From Candidatus Poribacteria bacterium (GTDB lineage: Bacteria; Poribacteria; WGA-4E; WGA-3G): a DNA stretch of 64,000 nt. The position numbers were made by a program, and so were the translations under genes. The stretch covers positions 128,001 to 192,000 of the forward strand of contig CBDBFU010000014.1 of the NCBI GenBank assembly GCA_965205025.1, written 5' to 3'. Below are positions 43,240-52,403 of the stretch, piece by piece (position 1 is the first letter of the stretch; every line of letters starts with the position of its first letter). The notes below the pieces were generated by a model, which saw only the letters and a program-made list of their open reading frames with translations, was not told where the DNA came from and ran no database searches.

Positions 43240-43854
43240 ATGAAACCAGAAGCATCTCAATCGGTTTCAGAACAATCCTTATCCAAGAAGGTACGTAAGT
43301 TTATATACTTACTGTCTCATAAAGATGGACCAATTCGTAATTGGCGTTTTTTCCCAACGTATATACTCCTACGCAAATTGCGATCCGATTCAGCCGAAAT
43401 ACGAGCTTATGCCGCTGAAGGTTTAGGACCAATAGGTTATGCATCAGCAGTTGAGCCACTCATAAACGCATTATCAGATGATAATCCATCTGTACGTAGA
43501 TTTGCAATTTCATCACTTGGAAAAATAGGGGACTTACGTGCTGCTGATGTAATCATTCCTTTCCTACAGGATGATGAAGTGGATATGCGGTGTACAACTG
43601 TTGTAGCTTTAGGGGAGTTGGGACTTCATGATAAGAGAGAATTGCATTCATCTCAAAATGTGATAGATGCATTGATTAGAAGTGTTACCGATACGGATAG
43701 ATCCGTCTGTTCTGCAGCAGTCGTGGCTTTAGGTAGAATTGGTAACCCACAAGCTATATCAGCACTCAATGAGTTAGCAGAATCTACTGAGAGCGAATGG
43801 ATTCGTCGGTATATAAGTGAGGCATTACATCAAATTGATGAACAGAATAATTGA
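43240..43854 (+). CDS. HEAT repeat protein
   Basis: Repeated IRAYAAEGLG / VRRFAISSLG / AAVVALG units. Confidence 0.85.
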   Translation: MKPEASQSVSEQSLSKKVRKFIYLLSHKDGPIRNWRFFPTYILLRKLRSDSAEIRAYAAEGLGPIGYASAVEPLINALSDDNPSVRRFAISSLGKIGDLRAADVIIPFLQDDEVDMRCTTVVALGELGLHDKRELHSSQNVIDALIRSVTDTDRSVCSAAVVALGRIGNPQAISALNELAESTESEWIRRYISEALHQIDEQNN

Positions 43855-44330
43855 AAATGAAAATACAGATCAAAAAAGGAAAAAAGCGCTACAAACATAA
43901 ACCTGATACACTCACATGTATTCGTGATGATGGAAGTGCAACATGGTCACATATTCATCATGGGTTTGCTCTTCACGATTTGACTCATTACGTAGTTGAA
44001 ACCACTCTGGGTCTCAATGATGCCTTTTTTGGTTTAGTTGCAAAAGGTTATAATATCCCTGAATTTAGTCTGCCTAAATCTGATCGTTCATTTAATATTC
44101 CTGACGAAGCGATCTCAGTTGAACCTATTGTTGCACTTCTTCAGATGGAACATTGGGACAGTTTTCCAGAGAAATTAATTAACAAAGATTCACCAGAATT
44201 ACCACCGCATGTAACCTCTGAACAGATAGATACTATGCGAAAAAGACTATATGAATTAGTTCAGAAATGGAAGGAACTGTTACCTGGTGAGTCTTTAGAA
44301 TTAGAGTATACTTATCAAAATGAACAGTAA
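43851..44330 (+). CDS. Hypothetical protein
   Basis: 159-aa ORF overlapping the upstream stop; HDLTHYVVE motif. Confidence 0.7.
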   Translation: MKMKIQIKKGKKRYKHKPDTLTCIRDDGSATWSHIHHGFALHDLTHYVVETTLGLNDAFFGLVAKGYNIPEFSLPKSDRSFNIPDEAISVEPIVALLQMEHWDSFPEKLINKDSPELPPHVTSEQIDTMRKRLYELVQKWKELLPGESLELEYTYQNEQ

Positions 44331-44574
44331 TTGTAATACTTGACTACGGTTATTTAGTTTTAAGAATTTCTTGTTAATGTGTGTTACTTAGAGTTTGTCT
44401 TGTAAGTTAGGTTGACTTCGCAAAACCCAACAGGAACGAAAGATGTCGGGTTTTGCTCCCCTTTACCTATAAGTGTAAACTTAAGGACTGAAACCCATCA
44501 TTTCCGTTGCTTAGCCAGTTCACAAGCTCCGTTTTGATGTGCTTACAGGTACTTTTACACACTTCCAACTGACC

Positions 44575-45141
44575 GATGGTATCACCGCTGGTCGTTCAGA
44601 GGAAAAACAGGTATCTATCGTACAACAGATAGTGGAAAAAAATGGCATAGTTTTAATCATGGTTTCAAGAATACTATTGTTCAAAAGTTAATCGTTTCAA
44701 ATAACAATCTATATGCAAGTACAAATGAAGATATATTTTGGTCAGTTGATGGCGGTGAAAATTGGAACGATCTCGCTGACAACCTACCATTTTCTGTTGA
44801 CTCATATAACTCTTTAGTCTTTGCAGGTAATACACTTTATGTAGCAACGAATAAGGGTGTGAACTGGTCAAGAAACAGGATTGTCTGGCAGACGGTAATA
44901 GGAACGGAAAATTCTGATCTCGTAATACAAAACCTTTCAGTTGATGGAACTACAGTATACGGTCAAGCCGATCAACAGATATATACATTGAAAAAAATGT
45001 AATAAATGGCAACCCATCACTGAAGATATCCCATACCAAGTATCCTCTATAGCAGCAAATAACAATACCTTATATGTAGCAACCCTCGGAGGTGGAGTTC
45101 TTCGTTATGAACTTAATTCTACCAAAAAATCCTCGAAATAG
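44575..45141 (+). pseudogene. 5'-truncated, frameshifted BNR/Asp-box beta-propeller fragment
   Basis: No start codon; reads GIYRTTDSGKKW...WSVDGGENW...LYVATNKGV to TAA at 45002, then LYVATLGGGVLRY after a shift in an A-run. Confidence 0.75.
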
Positions 45142-45160
45142 ATGATTTATGAGATATGCT

Positions 45161-45682
45161 CTAACCAAACATAGACAATTGTCCACCTGTTATACGCTCA
45201 ATTATCTCTTCTTGTGTTTTCAGTTCAGTATTCTTATCTATATGAACAACAGGTAAATCCTCAGAAATCAGTGTTGCCCCAATCAGTTTACATCGATGGC
45301 AGTGTTCCGGTTTTCCCTCACTACACATAAGGGCAACACGCTGTTGCTGTGAAAAAGCAGAATGGATACGTGCAATCCCTTGCTGAAAGAATTCCGTCTG
45401 CTTAACCTTTTCATAATCAACCATACCATTCACATAGCACGATTCATCATCAGGTTTCCCACCAAGTAATTCACCCATAAACACATAACGTATACCGTGT
45501 TTCTGTACTTCATTCTCAAGTGGTTCCTTTGAAAATTCTTGCTTATATCCAGAATACGGAACAGAACGTACATCAATGAGGAACGCAATATGGAATTGTT
45601 TTAAAACTTCGATAAACTCTGTAATCGAACGGCTTCCATAACCGATGGTATAAATAGGAATAACGTCTTTAGTTGTATCCAT
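45161..45682 (-). CDS. DUF488 domain protein
   Basis: IYTIGY, LIDVRSVPYS, LGG and LMCSE...CHR motifs. Confidence 0.88.
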   Translation of the reverse strand: MDTTKDVIPIYTIGYGSRSITEFIEVLKQFHIAFLIDVRSVPYSGYKQEFSKEPLENEVQKHGIRYVFMGELLGGKPDDESCYVNGMVDYEKVKQTEFFQQGIARIHSAFSQQQRVALMCSEGKPEHCHRCKLIGATLISEDLPVVHIDKNTELKTQEEIIERITGGQLSMFG

Positions 45683-45766
45683 GATGATAGTATATTATCA
45701 CATATCATACTTATAGACAATCAACTAATAACGAATCCATGTATCTGACAGAAAATCCATAATTCC

Positions 45767-45795
45767 TTGCTATCCTACACTGTATTTGTTATATT
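45767..45795 (+). promoter_or_regulatory. Putative sigma70 promoter
   Basis: TTGCTA-N17-TATATT with an extended-10 TG. Confidence 0.5.
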
Positions 45796-45842
45796 GTTAT
45801 AGTTATGAAAATTACAAATTGCCAATAAAATAATCTCATAAT

Positions 45843-47900
45843 ATGAAACATCCAATTTCAAAATTGATTCCCGTCCTAATCATACTCGTTGTATTCCTTC
45901 CAAATGCAATTTCCCAAGAAACCGAACCTGTTCCCGTTACTGGGATACATACACTAACCTTAAAAACTGTAAGATCTAAATCTGATAATCTACACGATGC
46001 CCCATGGAAATATCATCCTGGTGATAACCCCGATTGGGCTAAACCGGATTTTGACGACACCACTTGGAAATACCTTTCACCATTAATAACTCAAGATAAT
46101 TTAAAAAATAAAGAGTGGCAGGGAATTGGTTGGTTCAGACTTCACATCTCAGTTCCAGACGAAGAACTCTGGAACAAACCTTTAGCACTAATTGTATCCT
46201 ATCAAGCAGGGGCTTCTGAAATATATCTTGATGGTGAACTCATTTATTCATTCGGTAAAGTTGGAAATAAGAAAGAAGAAGAAGAACACTATTGGGAACG
46301 TGACCCACAAGGATTTAGTTTCTCAGCTAAAACCGACCACGTTATCGCTGTTCGATATTCGAATTACTCGTATAATCAATTTACCCCCGTACTTGGGTTT
46401 AGACTGAGACTTTCAGAGTTGAATGCCGCTATAAAATTTCGTACCATTTTACTTCGGGAACTTACGACAATACAGATGGTAATATCGGCGGTATTAGGTT
46501 TTTTAATGCTTCAACATCTGTTGTTATTTATCTTTTATCCGAAAGCAAAAGAAAACCTATATTTCTCTATATTGACAGGAAGCAGTGCTGCGATTGTATT
46601 TATTGCCCTTCAATTCTTCCTGATAGCGACAAGTGCACCAGAAATCATTACACTTGGTAGATTTTTCTTCATTGTTTCTGCAGTGATGTCTCTGTCATGC
46701 CTACTATTTCTCTACGCTCTTTTTTATTCAAAACTTCCAAAACTATTTTGGTTCTTTCTTATAGGTTGGATCGGAATTTTCATTTTAGGTTTGTTCTCAT
46801 TTGATCATTCTTCCTTAAGTTTAACAATTGACAACTCTCTTGTTTCTTTTTCACATGGGATGCTTCTCCCTGTTTTTTCAATAATTTCTGGGTTGACATT
46901 TTTAGAATTGGTAAGAATCATGATTGTGGCCGTCTTTAAACGAAAAGACGGGGCATGGATTTTTGGACTTGGTTCACTCTCTCCGTTTATACTACCTTTT
47001 ATATACGGTATAATAATCGCTCGGACGGGATGGGAATTGAATCAAACACTTGCCTCACTTCTATTCCTACTGGCACCGATCTTTTCTATGTCTGTTTACT
47101 TAGCACGAAACATTGCACGGACCAGTAGAAACCTTCAAAGAGAGACTATTGAACGGCAACATTTAGAGGTAGAAAATACACGTAAAACAGAGGAGTTGGA
47201 AGAAGCACGGAAACTACAATTATCTATGTTACCAGAAACCGCCCCTGAACTTCCTAACCTTGATGTAGAATTTAAAATGCATCCGGCAACTGAAGTCGGT
47301 GGCGATTATTATGACTATAATCTATCTGAAGATGGGAAGATCACTATTGCTATTGGAGATGCAACAGGACACGGGATGAATTCTGGATTAGTTGTGTCCG
47401 CAGTGAAATGTCTTTTCAAAACATCTGACCCAAATGATGGAAACTTAGAAACTCTGGAGCGAATGTCACAAGGTGTAAAAAGTATGAATCTGAAAAGACT
47501 CTACATGGCAATGACACTCGCTACATTCAAGGATAATATATTGACAATTACTGCAGCAGGTATGCCACCCACACTCATTTATAATGCTGAGGATGACAAG
47601 GTTGAAGAGATACTCCTTGAAGGGGCACCATTAGGTAGATTTGTTGGTGAAGACAGAGAAGAAGCAACATTTGAATTAGATACAGGTGACACTGTGCTGC
47701 TGATGAGTGATGGTCTACCGGAGATGTTAAACCCAAAAAATGAAATACTGGATTATCCAAGAACAAAAGAACTATTTTCCGAGATTGCCGATAAATCACC
47801 AAAAGCCATTATCAATCATCTGTATGATGCCTGCATATCCTGGGCAGAAGGAGAACAACAAACAGACGACATCACCCTTGTAGTCATAAAGGCAAAATAA
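45843..47900 (+). CDS. Membrane sensor PP2C/SpoIIE (RsbU-like) phosphatase
   Basis: Extracellular WKYHPGD...GWFR jelly-roll, ~7 TM helices, VGGDYYD, GDATGHG, SDGL and DDIT motifs. Confidence 0.9.
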   Translation: MKHPISKLIPVLIILVVFLPNAISQETEPVPVTGIHTLTLKTVRSKSDNLHDAPWKYHPGDNPDWAKPDFDDTTWKYLSPLITQDNLKNKEWQGIGWFRLHISVPDEELWNKPLALIVSYQAGASEIYLDGELIYSFGKVGNKKEEEEHYWERDPQGFSFSAKTDHVIAVRYSNYSYNQFTPVLGFRLRLSELNAAIKFRTILLRELTTIQMVISAVLGFLMLQHLLLFIFYPKAKENLYFSILTGSSAAIVFIALQFFLIATSAPEIITLGRFFFIVSAVMSLSCLLFLYALFYSKLPKLFWFFLIGWIGIFILGLFSFDHSSLSLTIDNSLVSFSHGMLLPVFSIISGLTFLELVRIMIVAVFKRKDGAWIFGLGSLSPFILPFIYGIIIARTGWELNQTLASLLFLLAPIFSMSVYLARNIARTSRNLQRETIERQHLEVENTRKTEELEEARKLQLSMLPETAPELPNLDVEFKMHPATEVGGDYYDYNLSEDGKITIAIGDATGHGMNSGLVVSAVKCLFKTSDPNDGNLETLERMSQGVKSMNLKRLYMAMTLATFKDNILTITAAGMPPTLIYNAEDDKVEEILLEGAPLGRFVGEDREEATFELDTGDTVLLMSDGLPEMLNPKNEILDYPRTKELFSEIADKSPKAIINHLYDACISWAEGEQQTDDITLVVIKAK

Positions 47901-47942
47901 CGTGAGACTATACTATATGTCGTAATTAAACATATCTTGGTC

Positions 47943-47972
47943 TTGCTATTTATAGGTGAAATCTGTTATATT
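47943..47972 (+). promoter_or_regulatory. Putative promoter, duplicated at 52041-52070
   Basis: TTGCTA-N18-TATATT with TG; conserved in both duplicated units. Confidence 0.55.
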
Positions 47973-48143
47973 AAGGGACATGGTAGCCGAGAAATTGAAA
48001 AATCAAACCATAAATTTAGAACTTTTCTTGAAGATTTACGTCTATATACATGGGATTATTTTGAAATAAAAGCAATTAAAATGAAATTATGAATAGTGTA
48101 TTATTAAAAAATCTTTAGCAGCAGAAAATTACAGGAGAATATC

Positions 48144-51100
48144 ATGAATACAAGGGAAGGTTATACCGAACTACAATCTAAGATATTAGATGCACGACGT
48201 GTATGGAAACGAAGCCTCTTCTGGACAGGAGCCGCTATCGTACTAATTGGACTTCTTGCGATCCTTGTTGGAGAATCAATTGTAGATTGGTTGATGCCAC
48301 TCCCAAGTACTGTTCGGGTTGTAATGCTTGTAGGTATTGTTGTAGCAGTAATCTACCTACTATATAGACACATCATACAACCCTTGAAAGCTTCGTTAAC
48401 GTTGCGAGACGTAGCACTAAACGTTGAGGAGAAACATCCCAATCTTGAAGATAGACTTGTAAGTGCAGTTCAATTCGGATCACGCGAATCTGATGATCCC
48501 ATTGAATCTCATATGCTACAACGTCTCCTTGAAGATACTACTAATAAAATTAAAGGCATTGATTTTAAGGCTACAATCGACCACAGCCGGACTCGAAAAT
48601 ATGTTAGTATTGCAATCTTAGTAATTGCTGCATGCGGCTTACTCACTCTCCTATTTCCTACAGAGATACAGACCAGTTTAATGAGAGTATTGGTTCCATG
48701 GGAGAAAACAAAACCCATTTTATCTACGAAAGTCGCCGTTTCACCTGGAAATGCTCGTATTCTTATAGGAAAGAGTTTACCAATTGATGTGACTGTAACT
48801 GGGAAAACTACTGATAAAGCAATCTTAACATATTATAGCAAAGATAACCCACCCACTGCTGATAGTGAAGGAAGCAAAAAAGAGATAAATATGCTGCAGA
48901 ATCCTGATGATAAACGGGGTTTTGCCTATGAACTCTTCAATATCGAAGCAGAGATGGAATACTTTGTTACTGTCAATGAGACCACATCTGAACGATACAC
49001 GATTGAGGTATTTGAAATGCCAAGGGTGGAAGATATCTCTGTCGCATACACCTATCCTGAATATACTGGTCTCACCCCGGTTATTCAACAAGGAAGCGGA
49101 GATGTACAAGCTGTCGTCGGTTCAACAGCAGAAATTCGCATCACAGCTAATAAAGCAATTCAGAAGGCTACATTCACACATCAGACTTCAAAGACTGAAC
49201 CTATTATTGATGAGATTGATGAAGATAAAGAAATCACACCAGATTCTCCTGAAATGATTATCGCAGATGGCAACATACTTACGAAGACACTACAAGTTAC
49301 CGAGGATGGAAAATACAGTGTAGAACTGCTCTGTATTGATAACTTTAATAATGAAATTCCTATTGAATACAATATAAAAGCTAATCCAGATAACCCTCCA
49401 GAAGTGGTAATCAAAGAACCCGGACGCGATGTCAAAGCTTCAATACTCGAAGAGGTTAAAATCGTTACTGAAGCAACAGATGACTTTGGGGTTGAACAAC
49501 TAAAACTGATGTACCGAATAGGGGGTGGAGAATTACAGGAACTCCTTATGGAATCTCCTGTTGAACAACTATCTGAAGATAGTAATACGGGACCCGCAAA
49601 ACACTTTAAATCTGGTACATATACATTCTATTTGGAAGAATTTGATGTTGAACCGGGTGAAATAATTACATATTATGCACAGGCTATTGACAACAATACA
49701 CTAACTGGCCCCAGTGAAGGTAAGAGCGATATTTTTTTCATAGAGATTAAACCCTTTAATCAACGACTTTCAGAAGGTGAACCATCAGAAGACGGAATGC
49801 CAAACCCATTCCTTGAATTAATTGCTTCACAGAAACAAATTATACGTGAAACATGGAATCACATTAACTCACAACCACCCACCATGACAGAAGATTACAT
49901 ATCAGCAGTCAAAAAGACTGGAACGAAGCAATCAGAATTAAAAGATAGAACTCAGAAGGTTACAGATGAATTGAGCATGCAAATGCAAGAAGTACAAATC
50001 GATCCAGAAATAATGATGAACCTTGAAGAAGCTATTGATATGATGGGTGAGGCAACAAATCATCTAAATGACACACAACCCACTACTGCAATTCCACCTG
50101 AACAAGCCGCTCTTGAACTCCTTATAAAAGTCAATCTGGCATTTCCAAAAGTGCTTAGGCAAGCAAGGAATAGCCAACCCCAACTTGCTGAGAACTTTGA
50201 ACTGGAAATGGAAGATCTGCAGAATGAACTTGAGCAAAATCAGGAAGAACTCGAACGGGAGATGCAAGAACAGACACAGGAAATGTTAGACCAAGCCAGA
50301 GAAATGCTGGCACAACAACAGAATCTAAATCAACAGAGTCAACAAATGGGGAGAGAAAGTCAACCATCTCCAAGTGATATGCAGCAGAACAGTCAACAAC
50401 AAGGCGAGTTAGCACAACAGGCACAGCAGATGTCACAACAACTCGGTGAAATGCAAGGCAATGCTCAGGGCACACAGAGTGAACGTTTATCACAAGCAGG
50501 ACAAGCGATGGAGCAAGCCGGTGAACAGATGCAACAAGCATCACAAGGCATGGAACAGCAACAACCCCAGTTGAGTGCCGCAAAAGGTGAAAAAGCTGAA
50601 GAACGGCTCGAACAAGCCATCGATCAACTTGAAAGGGCTGCCGCTGAATTCACTGATAACGCATTAGAGAGAACAGCTGAACAACTACAACAGTTGACCG
50701 CTGAACAATCTGATGTTCAACAGCAAACACAAGAATTACGAGAAAGATCTCAGGAAACTGGGATGCGTCCAGAAGATTACAGACAAGCTTCTGAACTCGC
50801 AAATGAACAACGCCAACTCCAACGAGACTTAGAATCTGTTGAAGAGAATTTGAATAATCTATCAGAGCAACTCAACCAAGAGAATCCTGAGGCTGCACAG
50901 AATGTTCAGAACGCATCAAGGCGACTCTCTGAAGAACAAACTTCAGAAGATATGGGAACAGCTCAAAGAGCATTACAATGGCGAAGTCTACAATCTGCTG
51001 AATTAAATCAACAAGAAGCTCTTGATACTCTACGAGAAGCACAAAACGATCTGCAACAGGCAAGGTCTAACATGGCACGCAATGAAGAAGAGCAACTTGA

Positions 51101-51653
51101 AGCTACACTTGACCAACTCCAAAGTTTTGAAGAACAGATGCAGGATATTCAACGCGAACGGGAAGCGATGGAAGGACAAGAACAAACAGAGGAGCAACAA
51201 CAGCGAGAACAACAACTTGCTGAACAACAACAGCAACTCGAAGAGCGTATGCAACAAGCACAACAAGCTATGCAAAACGCACAGCAAGGTCAGCAGCCCG
51301 GACAAGAGGGACAGCAACCCGGTGAACAAGGGCAGCAACCCGGGCAGCAGGGTCAACAAGGACAACAACCCGGTGAAAATGACTTGGCAAGAAGTGGACC
51401 TGAATCCAATCGTGAGATTAAGGAACTCTGGTTAGATCTTCTTGATAGTGCACAGTATCGTGCCGGAAATCGTAAGAATCCGTTCCCAAATTATGAACTC
51501 GCAATACGAGACCTGAGAAAACTTGAGACCGCTATTGAAGAACGGCTTAACCTCCTACAAGAGATGAAACAGCTAACTCAAGTTGCTAAGGAAGATGTAC
51601 CACCAAAATACAGAAGACTTGTTGACAACTACTACGAATCTTTAGCAAAGTAG
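48144..51653 (+). CDS. DUF4175-like membrane-anchored coiled-coil protein, copy 1
   Basis: N-terminal TM helices, LEDRLVSA, DNPPEV, ATDDFGV, Q/E-rich coils, C-terminal VPPKYRRLVDNYYESL. Confidence 0.8.
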   Translation: MNTREGYTELQSKILDARRVWKRSLFWTGAAIVLIGLLAILVGESIVDWLMPLPSTVRVVMLVGIVVAVIYLLYRHIIQPLKASLTLRDVALNVEEKHPNLEDRLVSAVQFGSRESDDPIESHMLQRLLEDTTNKIKGIDFKATIDHSRTRKYVSIAILVIAACGLLTLLFPTEIQTSLMRVLVPWEKTKPILSTKVAVSPGNARILIGKSLPIDVTVTGKTTDKAILTYYSKDNPPTADSEGSKKEINMLQNPDDKRGFAYELFNIEAEMEYFVTVNETTSERYTIEVFEMPRVEDISVAYTYPEYTGLTPVIQQGSGDVQAVVGSTAEIRITANKAIQKATFTHQTSKTEPIIDEIDEDKEITPDSPEMIIADGNILTKTLQVTEDGKYSVELLCIDNFNNEIPIEYNIKANPDNPPEVVIKEPGRDVKASILEEVKIVTEATDDFGVEQLKLMYRIGGGELQELLMESPVEQLSEDSNTGPAKHFKSGTYTFYLEEFDVEPGEIITYYAQAIDNNTLTGPSEGKSDIFFIEIKPFNQRLSEGEPSEDGMPNPFLELIASQKQIIRETWNHINSQPPTMTEDYISAVKKTGTKQSELKDRTQKVTDELSMQMQEVQIDPEIMMNLEEAIDMMGEATNHLNDTQPTTAIPPEQAALELLIKVNLAFPKVLRQARNSQPQLAENFELEMEDLQNELEQNQEELEREMQEQTQEMLDQAREMLAQQQNLNQQSQQMGRESQPSPSDMQQNSQQQGELAQQAQQMSQQLGEMQGNAQGTQSERLSQAGQAMEQAGEQMQQASQGMEQQQPQLSAAKGEKAEERLEQAIDQLERAAAEFTDNALERTAEQLQQLTAEQSDVQQQTQELRERSQETGMRPEDYRQASELANEQRQLQRDLESVEENLNNLSEQLNQENPEAAQNVQNASRRLSEEQTSEDMGTAQRALQWRSLQSAELNQQEALDTLREAQNDLQQARSNMARNEEEQLEATLDQLQSFEEQMQDIQREREAMEGQEQTEEQQQREQQLAEQQQQLEERMQQAQQAMQNAQQGQQPGQEGQQPGEQGQQPGQQGQQGQQPGENDLARSGPESNREIKELWLDLLDSAQYRAGNRKNPFPNYELAIRDLRKLETAIEERLNLLQEMKQLTQVAKEDVPPKYRRLVDNYYESLAK

Positions 51654-51681
51654 ATAGCAGCATTCTACTTAAGAAGAATTT

Positions 51682-51713
51682 GGGACAATATGGGAAAACC
51701 CAGTTGTCCCTTT
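51682..51713 (+). terminator. Rho-independent terminator
   Basis: gggacaa-ta-tggg-aaaa-ccca-g-ttgtccc-ttt. Confidence 0.75.
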
Positions 51714-51717
51714 CTTA

Positions 51718-51826
51718 TACCAATTCTTATAATAGTCTCTTTAATGTACCATAAACTCCCAGTTTGGGCGGTATTTCAAGACATGCGTAACAACTATACA
51801 TGGAATAAACATTTATGGAAATGGTA
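51718..51826. mobile_element. MITE family A with REP cargo
   Basis: Ends taccaattc/gaaatggta; body similar to 61992-62107. Confidence 0.8.
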
Positions 51827-51874
51827 TCAGATGAAACCAAAGTTGTATTCCGCTTATACTTAAGTTATGCAAAT

Positions 51875-52004
51875 ATTAACGCATGTGATTCACGGAGAAT
51901 TGGGGTTATTAAATTTATAAACCCTTATGGTGTAAGGGTTCGTAAAATTGCTCCGTGAAGGTTTCCGTGAAAGTGCAATCATCTCAAAACGATAAATATT
52001 AACA
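51875..52004. repeat. 130-bp element (family C), copy 3
   Basis: Collinear with the copies at 8241 and 33943; lies in the duplication junction. Confidence 0.9.
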
Positions 52005-52071
52005 ATGTTTTGCCAATCACACCCCAACTGTTGAAATGACTTGCTATTTATATGTGAAATCTGTTATATTA

Positions 52072-52224
52072 ACCTAAGTTGCTACCAACGGATTTTGATC
52101 GTTTCAACACAGTTTTTTAGACACCTGCCTCACTCCAAAGGGGTGATATGTCTATAGAAAAAGGTATATCAACATCCTGCACTCCAGCGGAGTGGTATGT
52201 AAGTAAATAGGTGGCAACTTGGGT
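52072..52224. mobile_element. 153-bp MITE (family E) carrying a family D hairpin doublet
   Basis: TIR acctaagttgctacc/ggtggcaacttgggt, TSD tatatta; the empty site is at 47967-47973. Confidence 0.9.
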
Positions 52225-52403
52225 TATATTAAGGGATATGACAACAGGGAAATTGAAAATCTAACCATAGATTTAGAACTTTTCTTGAAGATTTACGTCT
52301 ATATACATGGGATTATATTGAAATAAAAGCAATTAAAATAGAACAATTATGAATAGTGTATTATTAAAAGATCTTTAGCAGCAGAAAATTACAGGAGAAA
52401 ACA

